In this document: positions 14,401 to 31,739 of the stretch, piece by piece
How the letters are laid out: every line of letters starts with the position of its first letter
How positions within the stretch are numbered: the first letter of the stretch is position 1
NCBI GenBank assembly: GCA_964016885.1
Contig: OZ024740.1
Span: 134,726,001 to 134,790,000 of the forward strand
Length of the DNA: 64,000 bases
Source of the DNA: Eledone cirrhosa
Lineage: Eukaryota
Reading direction: 5' to 3'
Made by a program: the position numbers and the translations under genes
The notes under the pieces: generated by a model
What the model was told of the DNA's origin: nothing
Databases searched by the model: none
What the model saw: only the letters and a program-made list of their open reading frames with translations

Positions 14401-17400
14401 ACACTATATTCACTACACAGTGTCTATTACATGTCTACCTACCATTGACACTATATACACTACACACAGTGTCTATTACATGTCTAGCTACCATTGACAC
14501 TATATACACTACACTGTCTGTAACATATCTATCTACCATTGACATATATACACTACACTGTGTGTTACATGTCTACCTACCATTGAAACTATATACACTA
14601 CATATATCGTCTGTAACATGTCTACCTACCATTGACACTATATGCACTACACTGTCGGTTACATGTCTACCTACCATTGACACTATATCCACTACGCTGT
14701 CTGTTACATGTCTACCATTGACACTATATACACTACGCTGTCTGTTACATGTATACCTGCCATTGACACTATATACACTACACTGTCTGTTACATGTCTA
14801 CATACCATTGACACTATATACACTATGCTGTCTGGTACATGTCTATCAAGCTTTGACACTATATACACTACACAGTGCCTGTTAAATGTCTACTTACCAT
14901 TGACACTATATACACTGCACTGTGTGTTACATGTCTACCTACCATTGACACTATATATACTATACAGTGTCAGTTACATGGCTACCTACCATTGACACTA
15001 TATACACTACACAGTGTCTGTTACATTCTACCTAACATTGCTACTATATACACTATACTCTCTGTTACACGTCTACCTACCATTGACACTATATACACTA
15101 CACATAGTGTCTGTTACATGTCTACCTACCATTGACACTATATACACTACACAGTATCTGTTACATGTTTACCTACCATTGACACTATATACACTACACA
15201 CAGTGTCTATTACATGTCTACCTACCATTGACACTATATACACTACACTGTCTGTTAGATGTCTACCTACCATTGACACTATATACACAACGCTGACTGT
15301 TACATGTCTACCTACCATTGCTACTTATATACACTTTCTGTTACATGTCTACCTACCATTGTCACTATATACACTACACTGTCTCTTACATATCTACCCA
15401 CCAATGACACTATATACACTACACTGTATGTTACATGTCTACCTACCATTGACACGATATACACTACACTGTCTGTTACATGTCTACCTACCATTGACAC
15501 TATATACACTACATAGTGTCTGTTACATGTCTACCTACATTTGACACTATATTCACTACACAGTGTCTGTTACATGTCTATCTAACATTGCTACTATATA
15601 CACTATACTCTCTGTTACATGTCTACCTACCATTGACAGTATATACACTGCACACAGTGTCTATTACATGTGTAATAGTGTCTGCTACATGTCTACCTAC
15701 CATTGACACTATATACGCTACACTGTCTGATACATGTCTACATACCATTGACACTATATACACTACGCTGTCTGTTACATGTCTACCTACCATTGACATT
15801 ATATACACTACACAGTGCTTTTTACATGTCTGTCTACCTTTAACACTATATACAGTACACAGTGTCTGTTACATGTCTACACTACACTGTCTGTTACATG
15901 CCTACCTGCCATTGACACTATATACACTACACTGTCTGTTACATGTCTACCTACCATTGACAATATATTCACTACACAGTGTGTGTTACATGTCTACCTA
16001 CCATTGACACTATATACACTACACAGTGTCTGTTACATGTCTACCTACCATTGACACTATATTCACTACACAGTCTGTGTTACATGTCTACCTACCTTTG
16101 ACACTATATTCACTACACAGTGTCTGTTACATGTCTACCTACCATTGACACTATATACACTACACACAGTGTCTATTACATGTCTAGCTACCATTGACAC
16201 TATATACACTACACTGTGTGTTACATGTCTACCTACCATTGAAACTATATACACTACATATATCGTCTGTAACATGTCTACCTACCATTGACACTATATA
16301 CACTACACTGTCTGTTACATGTCTACCTACCATTGACACTATATCCACTACGCCGTCTGTTACATGTCTACCATTGACACTATATACACTACGCTGTCTG
16401 TTACATGTATACCTGCCATTGACACTATATACACTACTCTGTCTGTTACATGTCTACATACCATTGATACTATATACACTATGCTGTCTGGTACATGTCT
16501 ATCAAACTTTGACACTATATACACTACACAGTGCCTGTTAAATGTCTACTTACCATTGACACTATATACACTGCACTCTGTGTTTCATGTCTACCTACCA
16601 TTGACACTATATATACTATACAGTGTCAGTTACATGGCTACCTACCATTGACACTATATACACTACACAGTGTCTGTTACATGTCTACCTAACATTGCTA
16701 CTATATACACTATACTCTCTGTTACACGTCTACCTACCATTGACAGTATATACACTACACATAGTGTCTGTTACATGTCTACCTACCATTGACACTATAT
16801 ACACTACACAGTATCTGTTACATGTCTACCTACTATTGACACTATATACACTACACACAGTGTCTATTACATGTCTGCCTACCATTGACACTATATACAC
16901 TACACACAGTGTCTATTACATGTCTACCTACCATTGACACTTTATACACTACACTGTCTGTTAGATGTCTACCTACCATTGACACTATATACACAAGGCT
17001 GTCTGTTACATGTCTACCTACCATTGACACTATATACACTGCACTGTCTGTTACATGTCTACCTACCATTGACACTATATACACTGCACTGTCTGCTACA
17101 TGTCTACCTACCATTGACACAATATACACTAGACAGTGTCTGTTACATGTCTACCTACCATTAACACTATGTACACTACACAGTGTCTGTTACACGTCTA
17201 CCTACCATTGACACTATATACGCTACACTGTCTGTTACATGTCTACCTACCATTGACACTATATACACTACCCACTGTCTTTTACATGTCTACCTACCAT
17301 TGACACTATATACACTACCCACTGTCTGTTACATGTCTACCTACCATTGCTACTATATACACTGTCTGTTACATGTCTACCTACCATTGCTACTATGTAC

Positions 17401-19079
17401 ACATTCTGTTACACGTCTAGCTACCATTGACACTATATATACTACACAGTGTCTGTTACATGTCTACCTAGCATTGACACTATATACACTACACAGTGTC
17501 TGTTACATGTCTACCTACCATTGACACTATATTCACTACACAGTGTGTGTTACATGTCTACCTACCATTGACACTATATTCACTACACGGTGTGTGTTAC
17601 ATGTCTACCTACCATTGACACTATATACACTACACACAGTGTCTATTACATGTCTACCTACCATTGACACTATATACACTACACTGTCTGTTAGATGTCT
17701 ACCTACCATTGACACTATATACACAATGCTGTCTGTTACATGTCTACCTACCATTGACACTATATACACAATGCTGTCTGTTACATGTCTACCTACCATT
17801 GACACAATATACACTAGACAGTGTCTGTTACATGTCTACCTACCATTGACACTATATACACTACACAGTGTCTGTTACATGTCTACCTACCATTGACACT
17901 ATATACACTACACAGTGTCTGTTACATGTCTACCTACCATTGACACTATATACACTACACAGTGTCTGTTACATGTCTACCTACCATTGACACTATATAC
18001 ACTACACAGTGTCTGTTACATGTCTACCTACCATTGACACTATATACACTACACTGTCTGTTACACGTCTACCTACCATTGACACTATATACGCTACACT
18101 GTCTGTTACATGTCTACCTACCATTGCTACTATATACACTGTATGTTACATGTCTACCTACCATTGCTACTTATATACATTTTCTGTTACATGTCTACCT
18201 ACCATTGTCACTATATACACTACACTGTCTCTTACATATCTACCCACCAATGACACTATATACACTACACTGTCTGTTACATGTCTACCTACCATTGACA
18301 CTATATACACTACATAGTGTCTGTTACATGTCTACCTATCATTGACAGTATATACACTGCACACAGTGTCTATTACATGTGTACCTACCATTGACACTAT
18401 ATACACTACATATAGTGTCTGCTACATGTCTACCTACCATTGACACTATATACACTACACTGTCTGATACATGTCTACATAACATTGACACTATATACAC
18501 TACGCTGTCTGTTACATGTCTACCTACCATTGACACTATATACACTACACTGTGCTTTTTACATGTCTGTCTACCTATGACACTATATAGAGTACACAGT
18601 GTCTGTTACATTCTACACTACACTGTCTGTTACATGCCTACCTGCCATTGACACTATATACACTACACTGTCTGTTACATGTCTACCTACCATTGACACT
18701 ATATTCACTACACAGTGTGTGTTACATGTCTACCTACCATTGACACTATATACACTACACAGTGTCTGTTACATGTCTACCTACCATTGACACTATATTC
18801 ACTACACAGTGTGTGTTACATGTCTACCTACCTTTGACACTATATTCACTACACAGTGTCTGTTACATGTCTACCTACCATTGACACTATATACACTACA
18901 CACAGTGTCTATTACATGTCTAGCTACCATTGACACTATATACACTACACTGTCTGTAACATGTCTACCTACCATTGACATATATACACTACACTGTGTG
19001 TTACATGTCTACCTACCATTGAAACTATATACACTACATATATCGTCTGTAACATGTCTACCTACCATTGACACTATAT

Positions 19080-22000
19080 ACACTACACTGTCTGTTACAT
19101 GTCTACCTACCATTGACACTATATCCACTACGCTGTCTGTTACATGTCTACCATTGACACTATATACACTACGCTGTCTGTTACATGTATACCTGCCATT
19201 GACACTATATACACTACACTGTCTGTTACATGTCTACATACCATTGACACTATATACACTATGCTGTCTGGTACATGTCTATCAAGCTTTGACACTATAT
19301 ACACTACACAGTGCCTGTTAAATGTCTACTTACCATTGACACTATATACACTGCACTGTGTGTTACATGTCTACCTACCATTGACACTATATATACTATA
19401 CAGTGTCAGTTACATGGCTACCTACCATTGACACTATATACACTACACAGTGTCTGTTACATTCTACCTAACATTGCTACTATATACACTATACTCTCTG
19501 TTAAACGTCTACCTACCATTGACACTATATACACTACACATAGTGTCTGTTACATGTCTACCTACCATTGACACTATATACACTACACAGTATCTGTTAC
19601 ATGTTTACCTACCATTGACACTATATACACTACACACAGTGTCTATTACATGTCTACCTACCATTGACACTATATACACTACACTGTCTGTTAGATGTCT
19701 ACCTACCATTGACACTATATACACAACGCTGACTGTTACATGTCTACCTACCATTGACACTATATACACTGCACTGTCTGTTACATGTCTACCTACCATT
19801 GACACAATATACACTAGACAGTGTCTCTTACATGTCTACCTACCATTGACACTATATACACTACACAGTGTCTGTTACATGTCTACCTACCATTGACACT
19901 ATATACACTACACAGTGTCTGTTACATGTCTACCTACCATTGACACTATATACACTACACTGTCTGTTACACGTCTACCTACCATTGACACTATATACGC
20001 TACACTCTCTGTTACATGTCTACCTACCATTGACACTATATACACTACCCACTGTCTGTTACATGTCTACCTACCATTGCCACTATATACACTGTCTGTA
20101 ACATGTCTACCTACAATTGCTACTTATATACACTTTCTGTTACATGTCTACCTACCATTGTCACTATATACACTACACTGTCTCTTACATGTCTACCCAC
20201 CAATGACATTATATACACTACACTGTATGTTACATGTCTAACTACCATTGACACGATATACACTACACTGTCTGTTGCATGTCTACCTACCATTGACACT
20301 ATATACACTACATAGTGTCTGTTACATGGCTACCTACCATTGACACTATATACACTACACTGTCTGTTAGATGTCTACCTACCATTGACACTATATACAC
20401 AACGCTGTCTGTTACATGTCTACCTACCATTGACACTATATACACTGCACTGTCTGTTACATGTCTACCTACCATTGACACTATATACACTGCACTGTCT
20501 GCTACATGTCTACCTACCATTGACACAATATACACTAGACAGTGTCTGTTACATGTCTACCTACCATTAACACTATATACACTACACAGTGTCTGTTACA
20601 TGTCTACCTACCATTGACACTATATACACTACACTGTCTGTTACACGTCTACCTACCATTGACACTATATACGCTACACTGTCTGTTACATGTCTACCTA
20701 CCATTGACACTATATACACTACCCACTGTCTTTTACATGTCTACCTACCATTGACACTATATACACTACCCACTGTCTTTTACATGTCTACCTACCATTG
20801 CTAATATATACACTGTCTGTTACATGTCTACCTACCATTGCTATTATGTACACATTCTGTTACACGTCTAGCTACCATTGACACGATATATACTACACAG
20901 TGTGTGTTACATGTCTACCTACCATTGACACTATATACACTACACAGTGTCTGTTACATGTCTACCTACCATTGACACTATATTCACTACACAGTGTGTG
21001 TTACATGTCTACCTACCATTGACACTATATTCACTACACGGTGTGTGTTACATGTTTATCTACCATTGACACTATATACACAGCACACAGTGTCTATTAC
21101 ATGTCTACCTACCATTGACACTATATACACTACACTGTCTGTTACATGTCTACCTACCTTTGACACTATATTCACTACACAGTGTCTGTTACATGTCTAC
21201 CTACCATTGACACTATATACACTACACACAGTGTCTATTACATGTCTACCTACCATTGACACTATATACACTACACTATCTGTTAGATGTCTACCTACCA
21301 TTGACACTATATACACAATGCTGTCTGTTACATGTCTACCTACCATTGACATTATATACACAATGCTGTCTGTTACATGTCTACCTACCATTGACACAAT
21401 ATACACTAGACAGTGTCTGTTACATGTCTACCTACCATTGACACTATATACACTACACAGTGTCTGTTACATGTCTACCTACCATTGACACTATATACAC
21501 TACACAGTGTCTGTTACATGTCTACCTACCATTGACACTATATACACTACACAGTGTCTGTTACATATCTACCTACCTTTGACACTATATACACTACACT
21601 GTCTGTTACATGTCTACCTACCATTGACACTATATCCACTACGCTGTCTGTTACATGTCTACCATTGACACTATATACACTACGCTGTCTGTTACATGTA
21701 TACCTGCCATTGACAATATATACACTACACTGTCTGTTACATGTCTACATACCATTGACACTATATACACTATGCTGTCTGGTACATGTCTATCAAGCTT
21801 TGACACTATATACACTACACAGTGCCTGTTAAATGTCTACTTACCATTGACACTATATACACTGCACTGTGTGTTACATGTCTACCTACCATTGACACTA
21901 TATATACTATACAGTGTCAGTTACATGGCTACCTTCCATTGACACTATATACACTACACAGTGTCTGTTACATTCTACCTAACATTGCTACTATATACAC

Positions 22001-24000
22001 TATACTCTCTGTTACACGTCTACCTACCATTGACACTATATACACTACACATAGTGTCTGTTACATGTCTACCTACCATTGACACTATATACACTACACA
22101 GTATCTGTTACAGGTTTACCTACCATTGACACTATATACACTACACACAGTGTCTATTACATGTCTACCTACCATTGACACTATATACACTACACTGTCT
22201 GTTAGATGTCTACCTACCATTGACACTATATACACAACGCTGACTGTTACATGTCTACCTACCATTGACACTATATACACTGCACTGTCTGTTACATGTC
22301 TACCTACCATTGACACAATATACACTAGACAGTGTCTCTTACATGTCTACCTACCATTGACACTATATACACTACACAGTGTCTGTTACATGTCTACCTA
22401 CCATTGACACTATATACACTACACAGTGTCTGTTACATGTCTACCTACCATTGACACTATATACACTACACTGTCTGTTACACGTCTACCTACCATTGAC
22501 ACTATATACGCTACACTGTCTGTTACATGTCTACCTACCATTGACACTATATACACTACCCACTGTCTGTTACATGTCTACCTACCATTGCCACTATATA
22601 CACTGTCTGTAACATGTCTACCTACAATTGCTACTTATATACACTTTCTGTTACATGTCTACCTACCATTGTCACTATATACACTACACTGTCTCTTACA
22701 TGTCTACCCACCAATGACATTATATACACTACACTGTATGTTACATGTCTAACTACCATTGACACGATATACACTACACTTTCTGTTACATGTCTACCTA
22801 CCATTGACACTATATACACTACATAGTGTCTGTTACATGGCTACCTACCATTGACACTATATACACTACACTGTCTGTTAGATGTCTACCTACCATTGAC
22901 ACTATATACACTGCACTGTCTGTTACATGTCTACCTACCATTGACACTATATACACTGCACTGTCTGCTACATGTCAACCTACCATTGACACAATATACA
23001 CTAGACAGTGTCTGTTACATGTCTACCTACCATTAACACTATATACACTACACAGTGTCTGTTACATGTCTACCTACCATTGACACTATATACACTACAC
23101 TGTCTGTTACACGTCTACCTACCATTGACACTATATACGCTACACTGTCTGTTACATGTCTACCTACCATTGACACTATATACACTACCCACTGTCTTTT
23201 ACATGTCTACCTACCATTGACACTATATACACTACCCACTGTCTGTTACATGTCTACCTACCATTGCTAATATATACACTGTCTGTTACATGTCTACCTA
23301 CCATTGCTACTATGTACACATTCTGTTACACGTCTAGCTACCATTGACACTATATACACTACACAGTGTCTGTTACATGTCTACCTACCATTGACACTAT
23401 ATTCACTACAGAGTGTGTGTTACATGTCTACCTACCATTGACACTATATTCACTACACGGTGTGTGTTACATGTTTATCTACCATTGACACTATATACAC
23501 AGCACACAGTGTCTATTACATGTCTACCTACCATTGACACTATATACACTACACTGTCTGTTACATGTCTACCTACCTTTGACACTATATTCACTACACA
23601 TAGTGTCTGTTACATGTCTACCTACCATTGACACTATATACACTACACACAGTGTCTATTACATGTCTACCTACCATTGACACTATATACACTACACTAT
23701 CTGTTAGATCTCTACCTACCATTGACACTATATACACAATGCTGTCTGTTACATGTCTACCTACCATTGACATTATATACACAATGCTGTCTGTTACATG
23801 TCTACCTACCATTGACACAATATACACTAGACAGTGTCTGTTACATGTCTACCTACCATTGACACTATATACACTACACAGTGTCTGTTACATGTCTACC
23901 TACCATTGACACTATATACACTACACAGTGTCTGTTATATGTCTACCTACCATTGACACTATATACACTACACAGTGTCTGTTACATGTCTACCTACCAT
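19080..24000 (+). repeat. Tandem duplication of an approximately 2.5-kb block (offset 2511, shrinking to 2466 and about 2420)
   Basis: ORF pairs 19144/21655, 19450/21961, 19868/22379, 20315/22826 (2511); 20542/23008 (2466); 21197/23618 (2421). Confidence 0.9.
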
Positions 24001-27000
24001 TGACACTATATACACTACACAGTGTCTGTTACATGTCTACCTACCATTGACACTATATACACTACACTGTCTGTTACACGTCTACCTACCATTGACACTA
24101 TATACGCTACACTGTCTGTTACATGTCTACCTACCATTGACACTATATACACTACCCACTGTTTGTTACATGTCTACCTACCATTGCTACTATATACACT
24201 GTATGTTACATGTCTACCTACCATTGCTACTTATATACACTTTCTGTTACATGTCTACCTACCATTGTCACTATATACACTACACTGTCTCTTACATATC
24301 TACCCACCAATGACACAATATACACTACACTGTCTGTTACATGTCTACCTACCATTGACACTATATACACTACACAGTGCTTTTTACATGTCTGTCTACC
24401 TATGACACTATATAGAGTACACAGTGTCTGTTACATGTCTACACTACACTGTCTGTTACATGCCTACCTGCCATTGACACTATATACACTACACTGTCTG
24501 TTACATGTCTACCTACCATTGACACTATATTCACTACACAGTGTGTGTTACATGTCTACCTACCATTGACACTATATACACTACACAGTGTCTGTTACAT
24601 GTCTACCTACCATTGACACTATATTCACTACACAGTGTGTGTTACATGTCTACCTACCTTTGACACTATATTCACTACACAGTCTCTGTTACATGTCTAC
24701 CTACCATTGACACTATATACACTACACACAGTGTCTATTACATGTCTAGCTACCATTGACACTATATACACTACACTGCCTGTAACATGTCTACCTACCA
24801 TTGACACTATATACACTACACTTTGTGTTACATGTCTACCTACCATTGAAACTATATACACTACATATATCGTCTGTTACATGGCTACCTACCATTGACA
24901 CTATATACACTACACAGTGTCTGTTACATTCTACCTAACATTGCTACTATATACACTATACTCTCTGTTACACGTCTACCTACCATTGACACTATATACA
25001 CTACACATAGTGTCTGTTACATGTCTACCTACCATTGACACTATATACACTACACAGTATCTGTTACATGTTTACCTACCATTGACACTATATACACTAC
25101 ACACAGTGTCTATTACATGTCTACCTACCATTGACACTATATACACTACACTGTCTGTTAGATGTCTACCTACCATTGACACTATACACACAACGCTGTC
25201 TGTTACATGTCTACCTACCATTGACACTATATACACTGCACTGTCTGTTACATGTCTACCTACCATTGACACAATATACACTAGACAGTGTCTGTTACAT
25301 GTCTACCTACCATTGACACTATATACACTAAACTGTCTGTTACACGTCTACCTACCATTGACACAATATACACTACCCACTGTCTGTTACATGTCTACCT
25401 ACCATTGCCACTATATACACTGTCTGTTACATGTCTACCTACAATTGCTACTTATAGACTCTTTCTGTTACATGTCTACCTACCATTGTCACTATATACA
25501 CTACACTGTCTCTTACATGTCTACCCACCAATGACACTATATACACTACACTGTATGTTACATGTCTAACTATCATTGACACGATATACACTACACTGTC
25601 TGTTACATGTCTACCTACCATTGACACTATATACACTACATAGTGTCTGTTACATGGCTACCTACCATTGACACTATATACACTACACTGTCTGTTAGAT
25701 GTCTACCTACCATTGACACTATATACACAACGCTGTCTGTTACATCTCTACCTACCATTGCTACTATATACACTGTATGTTACATGTCTACCTACCATTG
25801 CTACTTATATACACTTTCTGTTACATGTCTACCTACCATTGTCACTATATACACTACACTGTCTCTTATATATCTACCCACCAATGACACTATATACACT
25901 ACACTGTCTGTTACATGTCTACCTATCATTGACAGTATATACACTGCACACAGTGTCTATTACATGTGTACCTACCATTGATACTATATACACTACATAT
26001 AGTGTCTGCTACATGTCTACCTACCATTGACACTATATACACTACACTGTCTGATACATGTCTACCTACCATTGACACTATATACACTACACAGTGCTTT
26101 TTACATGTCTGTCTACCTATGACACTATATAGAGTACACAGTGTCGGTTACATGTCTACACTACACTGTCTGTTACATGCCTACCTGCCATTGACACTAT
26201 ATACACTACACTGTCTGTTACATGTCTACCTAAAATTGACACTATATTCACTACACAGTGTGTGTTACATGTCTACCTACCTTTGACACTATATTCACTA
26301 CACAGTGTCTGTTACATGTCTACCTACCATTGACACTATATACACTACACACAGTGTCTATTACATGTCTAGCTACCATTGACACTATATACACTACACT
26401 GTCTGTAACATGTCTACCTACCATTGACACTATATACACTACACTGTGTGTTACATGTCTACCTACCATTGAAACTATATACACTACATATATCGTCTGT
26501 AACATGTCTACCTACCATTGACACTATATACACTACACTGTCTGTTACATGTCTACCTACCATTGACACTATATCCACTACGCTGTCTGTTACATGTATA
26601 CCTGCCATTGACACTATATACACTACACTGTCTGTTACATGTCTACATACCATTGACACTATATACACTATGCTGTCTGGTACATGTCTATCAAGCTTTG
26701 ACACTATATACACTACACAGTGCCTGTTAAATGTCTACTTACCATTGACACTATATACACTGCACTGTGTGTTACATGTCTACCTACCATTGTCACTATA
26801 TATACTATACAGTGTCAGTTACATGGCTACCTACCATTGACACTACATACACAACACAGTGTCTGTTACATGTCTACCTAACATTGCTACTATATACACT
26901 ATACTCTCTGTTACACGTCTACCTACCATTGACAGTATATACACTACACATAGTGTCTGTTACATGTCTACCTACCATTGACACTATATACACTACACAG

Positions 27001-29589
27001 TATCTGTTACATGTTTACCTACCATTGACACTATATACACTACACACAGTGTCTATTACATGTCTACCTACCATTGACACTATATACACTACACATAGTG
27101 TCTGTTACATGTCTACCTACCATTGACACTATATACACTACACAGTGCTTTTTACATGTCTGTCTACCTATGACACTATATACAGTACACAGTGTCTGTT
27201 ACATGTCTACACTACACTGTCTGTTACATGTTTACCTACCATTGACACTATATACACTACACAGTGTCTGTTACATGTCTACCTACAATGGCTACTATAT
27301 ACACATTCTGTTACACGTCTAGCCACCATTGACACTATATACACTGCACTGTCTGTTACATGTCAACCTACCATTGACACTACATACACTACACACAGTG
27401 TCTATTACATGTCTACCTACCATTGACACTATATACACTACACTGTCTGTTAGATGTCTACCCACCATTGACACTATATACACAACGCTGTCTGTTACAT
27501 GTCTAGCTACCATTGACACTATATACACTGCACTGTCTGTTACATATCTACCTACCATTGACACAATATACACTAGACAGTGTCTGTTACATGTCAACCT
27601 ACCATTGACACTATATACACTACACAGTGTCTGTTACATGTCTACCTACCATTGACACTATATACACTACACAGTGTCTGTTACATGTCTACCTACCATT
27701 GACACTATATACACTACACAGTGTCTGTTACATGTCTACCTACCATTGACACTATATACACTACACTGTCTGTTACACGTCTACCTACCATTGACACTAT
27801 ATACACTACACAGTGTCTGTTACATGTCTACCTACCATTGACACTATATACACTACCCACTGTCTGTTACATGTCTACCTACCATTGCTACCATATACAC
27901 TGTCTGTTACATGTCTACCTACCATTGCTACTTATATACACTTTCTGTTACATGTCTACCTAGCATTGACACGATATACACTACACTGTCTGTTACATGT
28001 CTACCTACCATTGACATTATATACACTACATAGTGTCTGTTACATGTCTACCTACCTTTCACACTATATTCACTACACAGTGTCTGTTACATGTCTACCT
28101 ACCATTGACAGTATATACACTGCACACAGTGTCTATTACATGTGTACCTACCATTGACACTATATACACTACATATAGTGTCTGCTACATGTCTACCTAC
28201 CATTGACACTATATACACGACACTGTCTGATACATGTCTACATACCATTGACAATATATACACTACGCTGTCTGTTACATGTCTACCTACCATTGACACT
28301 ATATACACTACACAGTGCTTTTTACATGTCTGTCTACCTATGACACTATATACAGTACACAGTGTCTGTTACATGTCTACACTACACTGTCTGTTACATG
28401 CCTACCTACCATTGACACTATATACACTACACTGTCTGTTACATGTCTACCTACCATTGACACTATATACACTACACAGTGGCTGTTACATGTCTACCTA
28501 CCATTGACACTATATACACTACACAGTGTGTGTTACATGTCTACCTACCATTGACACTATATTCACTACACAGTGTGTGTTACATGTCTACCTACCATTG
28601 ACACTATATACACTGCACACAGTGTCTATTACCTGTCTACCTACCATTGACACTATATACACTACACTGTCTGTTACATGTCTACCTACCTTTGACACTA
28701 TATTCACTACACAGCGTCTGTTACATGTCTACCTACCATTGACACTATATACACTACACACAATGTCTATTACATGTCTAGCTACCTTTGACACTATATA
28801 CACTACACTGTCTGTAACATGTCTACCTACCATTGACATTATATACACTACAGTGTGTGTTACATGTCTACCTACCATTGAAACTCTATACACTACATAT
28901 ATCGTCTGTAACACGTCTACCTACCATTGACACTATAAACACTACACTGTCTGTTACATGTCTACCTACCATTGAAACTATATCCACTACGCTGTCTGTT
29001 ACATGTCTACCATTGACACTATATACACTACGCTGTCTGTTACATGTATACCTGCCATTGACACTATATACACTACACTGTCTGTTACATGTCTACATAC
29101 CATTGACACTATATACACTATGCTGTCTGGTACATGTCTATCAAGCTTTGACACTATATACACTACACAGTGCCTGTTAAATGTCTACTTACCATTGACA
29201 CTATATACACTGCACTGTTTGTTACATGTTTACCTACCATTGACACTATATATACTATACAGTGTCAGTTACATGGCTACCTACCATTGACACTATATAC
29301 ACTACACAGTGTCTGTTACATGTCTACCTAACATTGCTATTATATACACTATACTCTCTGTTACACGTCTACCTACCATTGACACTATATACACTACACA
29401 TAGTGTCTGTTACATGTCTACCTACCATTGACACTATATACACTACACAGTATCTCATTACATGTCTACGTACCATTGACACTATATACACTACACAACA
29501 GTGTCTATTACATGTCTACCTACCATTGACACTATATACACTACACACGGTGTCTATTACATGTCTACCTACCATTGACACTAAATACA

Positions 29590-31170
29590 CTACACAGTAT
29601 CTGTTACATGTCTACGTACCATTGACACTATATACACTACACAACAGTGTCTATTACATGTCTACCTACCATTGACACTATATACACTACACACGGTGTC
29701 TATTACATGTCTACCTACCATTGACACTATATACACTACACTGTCTGTTAGATGTCTACCTACCATTGACACTATATACACAACGCTGTCTGTTACATCT
29801 CTACCTACAATTGACACTATATACACTGCACTGTCTGTTACATGTTTACCTACCATTGACACAATATACACTAGACAGTGTCTGTTACATGTCTACCTAC
29901 CATTGACACTATATACACTACACAGTGTCTGTTACATGTCTACCTACCATTGACACTATATTCACTACACAGTGTCTGTTACATGTCTACCTACCATTGA
30001 CACTATATACACTACACTGACTATTACACGTCTACCTACCATTGACACTATATACGCTACACTGTCTGTTACATATTTACCTACCATTGACACTATATAC
30101 ACTACCCACTGTCTGTTACATGTCTACCTACCATTGCTACTATATACACTGTCTGTTACATGTCTACCTACAATTGCTACTTATATACACTTTCTGTTAC
30201 ATGTCTACCTACCATTGTCACTATATACACTACACTGTCTCTTACATGTCTACCCACCAATGACACTATATACACTACACTGTATGTTACATGTCTACCT
30301 ACCATTGACACGATATACACTACACTGTATGTTACATGTCTACCTACCATTGACACGATATACACTACACTGTCTGTTACATGTCTACCTACCATTGACA
30401 CTATATACAATACACAGTATCTGTTACATGTCTACGTACCATTGACACTATATACACTACACAACAGTGTCTATTACATGTCTACCTACCATTGACACTA
30501 TATACACTACACACGGTGTCTATTACATGTCTACCTACCATTGACACTATATACACTACACTGTCTGTTAGATGTCTACCTACCATTGACACTATATACA
30601 CAACGCTGTCTGTTACATGTCTACCTACAATTGACACTATATACACTGCACTGTCTGTTACATGTTTACCTACCATTGACACAATATACACTAGACAGTG
30701 TCTGTTACATGTCTACCTACCATTGACACTATATACACTACACAGTGTCTGTTACATGTCTACCTACCATTGACACTATATTCACTACACAGTGTCTGTT
30801 ACATGTCTACCTACCATTGACACTATATACACTACACTGACTGTTACACGTCTACCTACCATTGACACTATATACGCTACACTGTCTGTTACATATTTAC
30901 CTACCATTGACACTATATACACTACCCACTGTCTGTTACATGTCTACCTACCATTGCTACTATATACACTGTCTGTTACATGTCTACCTACAATTGCTAC
31001 TTATATACACTTTCTGTTACATGTCTTCCTACCATTGTCACTATATACACTACACTGTCTCTTACATGTCTACCCACCAATGACACTATATACACTACAC
31101 TGTATGTTACATGTCTACCTACCATTGACACGATATACACTACACTGTCTGTTACATGTCTACCTACCAT
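29590..31170 (+). repeat. Tandem duplication of an 820-bp block
   Basis: ORF pairs 29662/30482, 29972/30792, 30160/30980. Shared private variants CTACGTACC, CACAACAGTG and CATATTTACC. Confidence 0.9.
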
Positions 31171-31739
31171 TGACACTATATACACTACACTGTCTGTTAC
31201 ATGTCTACCTACCTTTGACACTATATTCACTACACAGTGTCTATTACATGTGTACCTACCATTGACACTATATACACTACATATAGTGTCTGCTACATGT
31301 CTACCTACCATTGACACTATATACACTACACTGTCTGATACATGTCTACATACCATTGACACTCTATACACTACGCTGTCTGTTACATGTCTACCTACCA
31401 TTGACACTATATACACTACACAGTGCTTTTTACATGTCTGTCTACCTATGACACTATATACAGTACACAGTGTCTGTTACGTGTCTACACTACACTGTCT
31501 GTTACATGCCTACCTACCATTGACACTATATACACTACACAGTGTCTGTTACATGTCTACCTACCATTGACACTATATACACTACACTGTCTGTTACATG
31601 TCAACCTACCATTGACACTATATACACTACAGACAGTGTCTATTACATGTCTACCTACCATTGACACTATATACACTACACTGTCTGTTACATGTCTACC
31701 TACCATTGACACTATATACACTACACACAGTGTCTATTA

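Larger units (their letters stand above)
1..17160 (+). repeat. Higher-order duplication with 9683-bp offset (1 to about 7430 matches 9684 to about 17160)
   Basis: ORF-track pairs at a constant offset: 19/9702, 318/10001, 883/10566, 2030/11713, 3424/13107, 4690/14373, 5833/15516, 6681/16364. The offset becomes 9730 (+47, one monomer) at 7121/16851. Confidence 0.95.
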
